Origin: Dehalococcoidia bacterium
GTDB lineage: Bacteria > Chloroflexota > Dehalococcoidia > Lucifugimonadales > UBA3495
Reading direction: 5' to 3'
Assembly: GCA_034420695.1 (NCBI GenBank)
Contig: DAOULB010000006.1
Span: forward strand, 2,615 to 66,614
Length of the DNA stretch: 64,000 bases
Below are positions 56,862 to 64,000 of the stretch, piece after piece. Under the pieces are notes generated by a model that worked only from the letters and a program-made list of their open reading frames with translations, had not been told where the DNA came from and did not search any database. Made by a program: the position numbers and the translations under genes. Every line of letters starts with the position of its first letter. The first letter of the stretch is position 1.

Positions 56862-57323
56862 TCACCCGGAGGAAGGCTCCTCGATCATGCGGGCCAAGTT
56901 CTTGGCAAACTCTTCCACGGTGGACCTTGCCTTCCGGTGCATCAGGGGCTGGCCCAACTCCCCCAGCTTTCCCATGAAGGCGGTCTCGGTGACTATCGAA
57001 AGCTGCGTTTGATTATCCGACGCCTCCTTAAGAGCGACCGACATGTCAGCCCTTATGGAGCCCCCCACCCTCCGGTCTGCCGCTTCCACCTGCACCCTGG
57101 CCTCGCGCCGGTCCTCATCGGCTTCCAGGACGGCAACCGTCCCGGTGAAGTTCATGCCCATTGGGCCCACCCGCGCCTGCAACGAGGCCGAATACCGGCC
57201 CTCTCCCTGGGAGGATATCTCCTGTAGGCCTGGAACACAGGCGGCGGCCTTGGGGATGTCCATTATCAAGTCCCAGGCGGTGCCGGGGTCGGTGGGTATG
57301 ATGCAGGAATTCTCGAATCTCAT
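56862..57323 (-). CDS. CoxG-like SRPBCC family protein
   Basis: 153 aa starting from the internal ATG MRFENSCIIP.... The pattern ...GMNFTGTVAVLE...MGKLGELGQPLM.. is typical of carbon monoxide dehydrogenase subunit G family proteins. The longer track ORF upstream of this ATG is junk-like. Confidence 0.65.
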   Translation of the reverse strand: MRFENSCIIPTDPGTAWDLIMDIPKAAACVPGLQEISSQGEGRYSASLQARVGPMGMNFTGTVAVLEADEDRREARVQVEAADRRVGGSIRADMSVALKEASDNQTQLSIVTETAFMGKLGELGQPLMHRKARSTVEEFAKNLARMIEEPSSG

Positions 57324-57340
57324 TGACAGGCTGGCAGGGG

Positions 57341-58216
57341 CTAGGAGACCTGGGCGAGAGCTTGTTGAATGGCCCTTCTGGTGAACACCTCGGCCATCTC
57401 CCTCTTGTAGTCGGCAGAGCCCCGAAAGTCGTCCAAGGGGTCCACGGCGTCCCTGGCTGCTGCGGCGCAGCCTGCGATGGTCTCGTCGTTCAGGGGCTGG
57501 CCCCGGAGAACATCTTCCGCCGCGGTGGCGTGGATGGGCGTCATGCCCGCCGACCCCAGCACTATCCTCACGTCTTGGCAGGTGTTGTTCGCACCCGGGG
57601 TGACAATCGCCGCCACCGACACCGTAGCGTAATCGTCTGCGGTCTTGGGCAGGAACTTGATATAGGCCCCGCCGGCGCCCTGGGGCATCGGGGGAATCGT
57701 TACCTTGGTCAGGATCTCTCCGGGCCTCACGTCCGTTTCGTAGTAGTCCAGGAACAGGTCCTCCACCGCGGTTACCCTGGAGCCTCCGGAAGAAGCCAGC
57801 TCTGCGGTGGCTCCCAAGGCTATCAGGGTGGGAGGCGGGTCCTCGTTGGGGTCGCCGTGCACCAGTCCGCCGCCGACGGTGGCCATGGAGCGTATCCTGG
57901 TGGTGGCCACCCGGCTGTAGGTGTAAGAAACCAGAGGTATCCGCTCTTGCAGCAGGGGACTGTTTTCCATTCGCCGGTGGGTGCAAAGGGCTCCCACTTC
58001 CACGGAGCCGCCGTTGCTTCCTGCCCCGTTGACTATGGAGTCCAAGCCGGGAATCTTCTTCAGGCCGATTACGTGCCCCGGCTGGGACAGGCGCTGCTTC
58101 ATCTGCAACACCACCCCGGTTCCCCCGGCCATCAGCCTGCCGTCGTCTCCGTAGCGGTCCAGAAGTTCAAAGGCCTCATCCAGGCTGGCGGGGCTGTGAA
58201 ACTCGAAGTCGATCAT
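57341..58216 (-). CDS. xanthine dehydrogenase/CO dehydrogenase family FAD-binding subunit (CoxM-like)
   Basis: MIDFEFHSPASLDEAFELL....RLMAGGTGVV and ATVGGGLVHGDP. Start is at ATG 58216, 3 nt after the coxS-like stop. Confidence 0.85.
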   Translation of the reverse strand: MIDFEFHSPASLDEAFELLDRYGDDGRLMAGGTGVVLQMKQRLSQPGHVIGLKKIPGLDSIVNGAGSNGGSVEVGALCTHRRMENSPLLQERIPLVSYTYSRVATTRIRSMATVGGGLVHGDPNEDPPPTLIALGATAELASSGGSRVTAVEDLFLDYYETDVRPGEILTKVTIPPMPQGAGGAYIKFLPKTADDYATVSVAAIVTPGANNTCQDVRIVLGSAGMTPIHATAAEDVLRGQPLNDETIAGCAAAARDAVDPLDDFRGSADYKREMAEVFTRRAIQQALAQVS

Positions 58217-58218
58217 TT

Positions 58219-58695
58219 TCAGCCCCCTTTCATGTCCCGTGCGGCTGCCAGCACCGAGTTCAGTATCCCGTAGTATCCGGTGCACCGGCAGAGGTTCCCC
58301 ATCATCCAGGCCTTGACCTCGTCCTCGCTGGGGTCGGGGTTGTTGTCCAGCAGCGTCTTGGCTGCGACTATCTGCCCCGGTGTGCAGATTCCGCATTGGA
58401 ACCCACCATTGTCTATGAAGGCCTGTTGCACCGGGTGCAACTCCCCGTCCTGGGCAATTCCCTCGATGGTCGTTATTTCCGAACCGTCCACCGCCGCCGC
58501 CAAAGTGATGCAGGAGGCGTTCAACTCGCCGTCCACCAGCACAGTGCAAGCCCCGCAGACCCCGACGCTGCACCCTTCCTTGGTGCCGGTCAGTCCAAGA
58601 TCAAACCTCAGACAGTCCACCAGCAGGCGCCGGGCGGGAATATCCAGTTCGTGGTCGGCGCCGTTGACTTTCAAGCTGACCTTTTGATTCATCAT
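58219..58695 (-). CDS. (2Fe-2S)-binding small subunit (CoxS-like)
   Basis: GTKEGCSVGVCGACTV and QCGICTPG...LCRCTGY, i.e. the two [2Fe-2S] Cys clusters. Confidence 0.9.
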   Translation of the reverse strand: MMNQKVSLKVNGADHELDIPARRLLVDCLRFDLGLTGTKEGCSVGVCGACTVLVDGELNASCITLAAAVDGSEITTIEGIAQDGELHPVQQAFIDNGGFQCGICTPGQIVAAKTLLDNNPDPSEDEVKAWMMGNLCRCTGYYGILNSVLAAARDMKGG

Positions 58696-58914
58696 TACCC
58701 CAGTGGTTGAGTTCTCTGCGTGCTCCGGACAACCCGCAGCCGGGTACTTTACCGGATTGCAAGGCAGTGCGTGGAGACTGCCCCGCGGATTTGCAATGTT
58801 ATACTACCGGCTACCTGCACACAAGCGTTTGGTTCGGCCCGGCACGCCTGCCCCGAGCCTGCGGGGTTTATTCCAGCGCCTGCCGGCCCCATTCCAGCGA
58901 AGGGAGGGCTTCCC

Positions 58915-59325
58915 ATGACCGCCACCGGGCGCCAGACCGGAGACAAGAACCCCACCCAGCACATCGGCGGAACGATCCTGGTGGTCATGATGGAGGTGGA
59001 CGAAGGCCACGAGGACGCCTTCAACCGCTGGTACAACGACGAACACCTGCCGGAGCGGCTGGAAATACCTGGCTACGTCAGCGCCCGCCGGTTCAAGCTG
59101 GAAGAAGGCGAGGGCGTCCTGAAGTTTCTATGCATCTGGGAGCTTGAGGACCCCAGCCCCCTGGAGAGCGAACTGTACAAATATCAGCGGGCCCGCCCCA
59201 GCAAGCTTAGGGACGCCGCTATGCCCCACGTCAGGCAGCGGGCCCGTGGCCTTTACACCCAGATTTTTCCGGAGACGGGTGCCTTCGAGGACCATTCCGG
59301 GAACTATCCGGACCCTGCCGGTTAA
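58915..59325 (+). CDS. hypothetical protein, ferredoxin-like (DUF4286/Dabb-like) by motif
   Basis: EDAFNRWYNDEHLPERLEIPGYVSARRF. ATG 58915 is preceded by GGAGGG. A TGtTATACT extended -10 lies at about 58797-58805. Confidence 0.5.
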   Translation: MTATGRQTGDKNPTQHIGGTILVVMMEVDEGHEDAFNRWYNDEHLPERLEIPGYVSARRFKLEEGEGVLKFLCIWELEDPSPLESELYKYQRARPSKLRDAAMPHVRQRARGLYTQIFPETGAFEDHSGNYPDPAG

Positions 59326-59418
59326 GCGGCGCAAGTCCCTCTAGTACGGCCGTCCCTGACCGGCGTCGATGCACCCCGCCTTCCCCCACCGGCGCCACGG
59401 TTCCGCTGGGGGCCTCCC

Positions 59419-60780
59419 CTATACCCTGGTAAGGCGCAGGACCTCGGGCATCTCTTCCATGGTCTCCAGCTTCCACAAGCGGTCCAACAGGGCGTTGATC
59501 CGGTTGTCGGGAAGCAGTCCCGCGCATTGGCGCCGGAACTTGTTGCTTACCTCGGCGTCGGTCAGTGGGTCCTTGTAGTGACCCTTGTGGTATTCCACTT
59601 CCGAAGAAAAACGCTCACCCGAGGCCATCGCTACCTCCACCCGGCATAGCATCGCCTCCGGCGCCCTGCGGTTGGCTTCGTCCCAGGGCCTGACCTTGAC
59701 CTTGGCGACCAGTTCCAACAGATCTTCGTCTTCCAAGCACGTCTGGTCGAAGTGCTGCTGCTCCACCGCTCCGTGGGTCAGCGCCACACCCACCGTATAG
59801 GGCATAGAGTGGTCTGCCGTCTCCCGGTTTGCCGGGCGCCACTTTTCCGGGTCGCCGGCCATAATGTTGACGGCTTGGTCCAAGGTCTCTACGGTCACCT
59901 CGGAGATGTCCTTCACGTCGCCCACCCTCGCCCGTACCTCCAACGCCGCTTGCACCACCGTCTGCGAGTACTGGCCCAAGGGATACCGCTTGATGCTGCA
60001 TTCCATAATTTTGAAAGGATATCCCTGGCCCCCGAAGGTTTCCAGTTCGAAGTCCGCTCCGCTCACCGCTTTGAAGTAGCCCCCCGCCCCCTCGAAGACC
60101 GGCGATGGGCCGGTCAACCCCCGGCGGGCCAGCATGGCGGCAAACACCGCATTGCGGCTGGCGTTGGCATAGGCGCACCCCTTCCACATGGAAACGTCGC
60201 CGATTCGGGTCTGGTACAGGGCCATGTTGGATGCCGTAGCCATATTTACCGCCTGGCAGGTCTGCTGTTCGGAAAGGCCCAGGGCCTTGGCCGCCCCCAC
60301 CGTGCTGGCGATGCAGCCCACCGACACGTGGTCGAAGCCCCGGGGCTTGAGGTCCACCGTGTCGCAGATGCGGCAGAAGACCTCGTAGGCGGCTACCGTG
60401 GACGCTATGAGGCGCTGGCCTCCTGCCCGGGCCACTTCCGTGGCCGCCAGGGTGGCCGCAATGCTGTCGCTGGGGTGGCCCGACTCCTTGCTGGTGTACC
60501 CGTCGTTGAAGTCCAAGTACCGGATCATCACCCCGTTGGCAAAGGCGGCCATGTCCGGGCTGGTGGTCAGGCCGCTGCCCAGGACCGTGGCCGGCTGGGT
60601 GCTCGTCACGGTCGCCGATATATCCCGGGCCAGCTTGCAGGGCTCCCCGGAATAGCCCCCGAAGGCGCATCCCAGCGAGTCTATGATCATCCGCTTGGCT
60701 TGGTGCACTACCTCTTCCGGAATGTCCTGGTAGCGCAGGTTTTCTGAAAACGAACTTAATCGCTCGGCAATGGTAGCCAT
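59419..60780 (-). CDS. MmgE/PrpD family protein (2-methylcitrate dehydratase-like)
   Basis: 453 aa with DSLGCAFGG, GHPSD and HSMPYTV patterns typical of PrpD-family proteins. Confidence 0.8.
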   Translation of the reverse strand: MATIAERLSSFSENLRYQDIPEEVVHQAKRMIIDSLGCAFGGYSGEPCKLARDISATVTSTQPATVLGSGLTTSPDMAAFANGVMIRYLDFNDGYTSKESGHPSDSIAATLAATEVARAGGQRLIASTVAAYEVFCRICDTVDLKPRGFDHVSVGCIASTVGAAKALGLSEQQTCQAVNMATASNMALYQTRIGDVSMWKGCAYANASRNAVFAAMLARRGLTGPSPVFEGAGGYFKAVSGADFELETFGGQGYPFKIMECSIKRYPLGQYSQTVVQAALEVRARVGDVKDISEVTVETLDQAVNIMAGDPEKWRPANRETADHSMPYTVGVALTHGAVEQQHFDQTCLEDEDLLELVAKVKVRPWDEANRRAPEAMLCRVEVAMASGERFSSEVEYHKGHYKDPLTDAEVSNKFRRQCAGLLPDNRINALLDRLWKLETMEEMPEVLRLTRV

Positions 60781-60882
60781 TGGTAGTCCTCAACCAGGCA
60801 GCCCAAGCGGGAACGGCGCATTGTTGGAATAACCGCCGCAACCCGGCGGGCCGGGAGTGGGGCAGGCAGTGATTGCTCCAAG

Positions 60883-60916
60883 GGTTCCCCGGCAGGGAGG
60901 GTTCCTCGGCAGGGAG
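60883..60916 (+). repeat. tandem direct repeat 2 x 17 nt (GGTTCC[C/T]CGGCAGGGAG)
   Basis: Read directly, with one mismatch. It lies in the 182-nt spacer upstream of the PrpD-family gene. Confidence 0.9.
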
Positions 60917-60962
60917 CGGTCCCCGCCGGTTGAACTCCAACCAAAGAATCTAGGTAAACAAC

Positions 60963-62003
60963 CTAGGTAAAGTGGGGCATCACCTCTTCGGCAAACAGCT
61001 TCATGGAGCGCAGCACGTTGCTTTGCTTCATGCCGCCGAATGAGAAGTTACACAGAAAATAGTCGATGCCCTGTTCTTGCACTTCCTTGATTTTGGCTAT
61101 GCACTGCTCCGGCGAACCGATGAACGCCCTTTTCTGGAACAGTTGCTCGTACTCCGGAGGTCTTTCGGTGCGGGCTTTCCGCCAGTCGTCCAAGCTGTGA
61201 TAGACCTCGCTGCCAACGTCGAAAGTGCGCCGGAACTGGTTCATGTCCATGGTCCAGTTCAGGGCCTCCTCCGAGTCCCGGCGGGCCTGTTCCTCCGTTT
61301 CCGCCACGTAGAAATACCTGGCGAAGGGAATCGCCGACATGGGCACGTTGTGACCCGCATCCTGCGATGCCGCCACGAACCGGTGGCACAGGTCGAAGGC
61401 GTCCCCGGTGTCCAGCACCACCCCCAACAGCAGGGGGTGGCCGGTGGAGACCACGTATTCCAGGGTGGCGGGAGTCCGGGTGGCGGCGATGTAAATCGGC
61501 GGGTGAGGTTCCTGCAACGGCATCGGCACCAAGTTGGTCTCTTCCAAGTCGAAATAATCGCCGTGGAAGGAAAAACCGGGAGTTGTCCAGAGCCCCTCTA
61601 CTATGCTGATGGTCTCCTGGAAACGCCCCTGGCTTTCCTCCCGGTCGATGCTGTAGCCCCGGTACTCGTAGCCCGATGCCCCCCGGCCGAACCCGGCGTC
61701 GAACCGCCCGCCGCTGAGCACGTCCAGCGTGGCGGCCTCTTCCGCCAGCCTGATGGGATGGTGCAGCGGCGGCACCAGCACTGCCGTCCCCAGCCGTATT
61801 GTCTTGGTCTTGGCCGCTATGTTGGAGGCGAACACCAAGGAAGATGAACCCAGCCCGTAGCGGGAGAAGTGGTGCTCCGCCAGCCAGGCGCCGCAGAAAC
61901 CCAACTCCTCCCCGGCAATGACCTCTTCCGTCGTCTGCTCCAGCACCTGTTTTGGCTCCACTCCCTCCGGCCAGGGGATGTGGGTGAAGAGTCCAAATTT
62001 CAT
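60963..62003 (-). CDS. LLM-class (luciferase-like) flavin-dependent oxidoreductase
   Basis: MKFGLFTHIPWP..., AWLAEHHFS, TIRLGTAV. ATG 62003 is preceded by GAAGGAAA. The track ORF begins 7 codons earlier. Confidence 0.85.
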   Translation of the reverse strand: MKFGLFTHIPWPEGVEPKQVLEQTTEEVIAGEELGFCGAWLAEHHFSRYGLGSSSLVFASNIAAKTKTIRLGTAVLVPPLHHPIRLAEEAATLDVLSGGRFDAGFGRGASGYEYRGYSIDREESQGRFQETISIVEGLWTTPGFSFHGDYFDLEETNLVPMPLQEPHPPIYIAATRTPATLEYVVSTGHPLLLGVVLDTGDAFDLCHRFVAASQDAGHNVPMSAIPFARYFYVAETEEQARRDSEEALNWTMDMNQFRRTFDVGSEVYHSLDDWRKARTERPPEYEQLFQKRAFIGSPEQCIAKIKEVQEQGIDYFLCNFSFGGMKQSNVLRSMKLFAEEVMPHFT

Positions 62004-62191
62004 GGAATTTCCTTCTCGCGGCACCGGCTCATACTTTGATGGGTCCTGCTTCAGCCGCTATTGGGACCCCAAACTAGCCAAGGAACATTATTCCATATAA
62101 GCCAGTTACCCGCTACCGCAATTCCCCTGGGGTATGTGTTCACATTTGGTGAGGCAGGTGCCCGTTCAGGACAAGAATGCCTCCTCACATG

Positions 62192-62217
62192 TAGTGGCGG
62201 GTTTCAAACCCGCCCTA
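62192..62217. repeat. GC-rich palindromic (REP-like) hairpin
   Basis: TAG-T-GGCGGGTTT-C-AAACCCGCC-CTA. This resembles the GGCGGGTTTCAAACCCGCC-type intergenic palindromes common in some high-GC genomes (from memory). Confidence 0.6.
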
Positions 62218-62419
62218 GCGTCCCCTGCCGTGGATGCTTCTTTCCGAGAGGACCTCACGAAGACTGTTCAGTTATCCCCTGGCGCCGCCCGGAGTCTCCT
62301 CGCTGCTACAGACCCCGTGGCTGCTGCGCAAAACGACAAGGTTCCTCACGCACTGGCGTTTGAGTTTGCTTCTGCAACATCACTTATAATCCCCGGCAAG
62401 GCTCGGTGCTATAATTCCG

Positions 62420-63535
62420 GTGGCCCGTTCCTCTGCCCCGTCAGCCACGGGCGCCTTCAAATACCCCCATCCGGTGAGTGACGCCTTGCCTGCCCACGTG
62501 CTCTGCGGCGACAGCTTCCTGGTGGCCCGGGAACTGCGAAAGCTGGAATCCGAAGCCGGAGGCGATGCCCTCCGGAGCGGCAATCTCCACAAGCTGTCCG
62601 GCGACGGCCTCACCTTGGCCGAGATCGTCGAATGTTGTGCCGCCGCTCCCTTCCTCCATGACGTCCGCATGGTTCTGGTGGAGGGACTTTTGGGCGCCGC
62701 CGAAGGCCGGGCGTCGGGCCGCCGGGGCAGGCGTCCAGCCGCCCAGAGGCGCAATTCCCCCCAGTCCGGGGATCGGGCCCAGCCGTCCTCCCGCTCTGCC
62801 GACCCTTGGGATGGACTGGGCCAGGCCGTCTCCGCCATCCCGCCGACCACCCTCCTGGTATTCGTCGATGGGCCGGTTTCCGAAAGCAACCAACTCCTCC
62901 AGTCCCTGAAGCCAGTGGCCCAAGTACACAACCTCCAGGCCCCCGCGGGAGAGGCCCTGGCCCGGTGGGTTAAGACGGCCGCCGAAGAAAAAGGCGCGGC
63001 CATCGGCCCCGCGGCCATCGCCGTCCTGACCAACCTGATAGGCAACGACCTGTGGGCCCTGGACCAAGAACTGGAGAAGCTTTCACTCTACTGCTGGGGC
63101 CGGCCCATAGAGGAGGCTGATATCTCGTCCATGGTGTCCCAAGCCAAGGAAGCCAGCATCTTCGCCGCCGTCGACGCAATGGTAGAAGGACGCCAAGGTC
63201 AGGCCCATCAGCTTCTGCAGCAATTGCGCCAGGACGGCCGCGACGCTTCCTACATCATTGCAATGCTGGAACGCCAACTGCGCCTGTTGGCTTTGGCCAA
63301 GGATGCCCTGGACCGCAAGATAGACCAGCGCAGCGCGGGGCAAATCCTGGGCACCTCTTCCCAGTTCGTCATACGCAAGACCATGGCCCAAGCCCGGAAC
63401 CACTCTTGGGACGATATAAAGTGGCGCTACCGGAGGCTGCTGGAGGCCGACCTTTCCATCAAGCAGGGACGCGTCGAGCCCGACGTGGCCTTGGAGATGC
63501 TGGTCGCGGACCAGTCATCCCTGGCCCGAAACTAG
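62420..63535 (+). CDS. holA: DNA polymerase III delta subunit
   Basis: HVLCGDSFLVARELRKLE, IFAAVDAMVEG, KQGRVEPDVALEMLV. The start is ambiguous: GTG 62420 or GTG 62474. It contains an Arg/Pro/Ser-rich insertion. Confidence 0.8.
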   Translation: MARSSAPSATGAFKYPHPVSDALPAHVLCGDSFLVARELRKLESEAGGDALRSGNLHKLSGDGLTLAEIVECCAAAPFLHDVRMVLVEGLLGAAEGRASGRRGRRPAAQRRNSPQSGDRAQPSSRSADPWDGLGQAVSAIPPTTLLVFVDGPVSESNQLLQSLKPVAQVHNLQAPAGEALARWVKTAAEEKGAAIGPAAIAVLTNLIGNDLWALDQELEKLSLYCWGRPIEEADISSMVSQAKEASIFAAVDAMVEGRQGQAHQLLQQLRQDGRDASYIIAMLERQLRLLALAKDALDRKIDQRSAGQILGTSSQFVIRKTMAQARNHSWDDIKWRYRRLLEADLSIKQGRVEPDVALEMLVADQSSLARN

Positions 63536-63630
63536 CCGGTCGTTGGAAATTAGCCGTCCATCAGCTTGTATTGATGTGACAAAGAGGCCAACCACAAGGG
63601 TTGCCCCTAACGATGTCGGACATCCCTGTA

Positions 63631-63656
63631 GGGGCGTCCCTTGTGGGCGCCCTTGT
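63631..63656. repeat. GC-rich REP-like hairpin / imperfect tandem GGGCG(T)CCCTTGT x2
   Basis: GGGCGTCC-cttgt-GGGCGCCC (8 bp including one G-U). Its reverse translation gives the GRPQGTPLQ-type peptide seen in spurious ORFs of such repeats. Confidence 0.55.
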
Positions 63657-63680
63657 CACCGCCGCCCCCCAACCCTGCCC

Positions 63681-64000
63681 TCAGGCCGCTTCCGGTTCCG
63701 CCATGGGGTTGTAACAGGCGACCAAGTGACCGGGGCTCACCTCGGCCATTTCCGGCATCGGTTCGACCCGGCAGCGGTTCAAGGCTTTGTTGCAACGGGG
63801 CATGAAGGGGCATTCGGGCGTAAGGTTGACCATGTCCGGGGGTGCGCCGGGGAGCGGCTGCAAGCCCTTGTCCACTCGGTCCAAACGCGGCAAAGACTGC
63901 AGCAATGACCAAGTGTAGGGGTGCCTGGGCTCCTTGAACATGGGGACCACTTCTGACGATTCCACCATGCTCCCGGCATAGATTACTCCCACGTTGCGGG
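63681..64000 (-). CDS. 3' part of an oligopeptide/dipeptide ABC transporter ATP-binding protein gene (continues beyond the window)
   Basis: IYAGSMVE...F..PRHPYTWSLLQSLPRLD...PLPGAPPDMVNLTPECPFMPRC is the conserved OppD/DppD C-terminal domain. Confidence 0.85.
   Translation of the reverse strand, partial: RNVGVIYAGSMVESSEVVPMFKEPRHPYTWSLLQSLPRLDRVDKGLQPLPGAPPDMVNLTPECPFMPRCNKALNRCRVEPMPEMAEVSPGHLVACYNPMAEPEAA

Noticed and set aside
59615-60940. 441-aa minus-strand ORF overlapping the PrpD-family gene in another frame
   Set aside because: The translation is Gly/Arg/Pro-rich nonsense. The 59419..60780 frame has coherent PrpD-like sequence.

Overview
High-GC bacterial chromosomal segment. Spot counts of single 60-nt lines give about 70% GC in core genes and 43-48% in a few accessory genes. 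It is tightly packed and mostly housekeeping. Gene content and synteny look Chloroflexota-like (short EF-Ts, TreT, many LLM/PrpD/Cox-type genes), but that placement is inference only.

I call about 64 protein genes (two truncated by the window edges), one tRNA-Val and one pseudogene. I found no rRNA, CRISPR array, transposase or integrase.

Core blocks:
- infC-rpmI-rplT
- moeA
- pheS/pheT, with an extra gene wedged between them
- the conserved rpsB-tsf-pyrH-frr-uppS-cdsA-dxr-rseP-ispG-proS block
- pgpA, nfo, secDF, cca, def, priA, rplS, tRNA-Val
- speE/speH, lysC-thrB, treT, glmS
- coxS/M/G-like genes without a large subunit
- PrpD-family and LLM oxidoreductase genes, holA, and the 3' end of an opp/dpp ATPase gene

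Accessory content is concentrated at 38.1-45.8 kb:
- an AbiD/F-like HEPN gene and a GmrSD-like DUF262/DUF1524 gene, both visibly AT-richer, tightly flanking acs
- a small Rx5H HEPN-like gene
- a 672-aa ORF fusing a DapA-family aldolase, an MfnB(DUF556)-like aldolase and a TusA-like domain. I regard this as the most unusual object in the window.
- a Uma2-family gene killed by a single in-frame TAA

Other points worth a second look:
- an orphan promoter-plus-terminator unit antisense to the 5' region of the Abi-like gene
- a Zn-ribbon gene coupled to a RuvC-like gene with substituted catalytic positions
- two ~460-bp non-coding regions flanking a TPR gene that share a ~27-nt motif
- a tRNA-Val with C at position 33
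- a perfect 15-bp tandem duplication in the cca active-site loop

All calls come from reading the ORF translations and the sequence by eye. No searches or folding were run. Hand-derived motif coordinates may be off by 1-2 nt.
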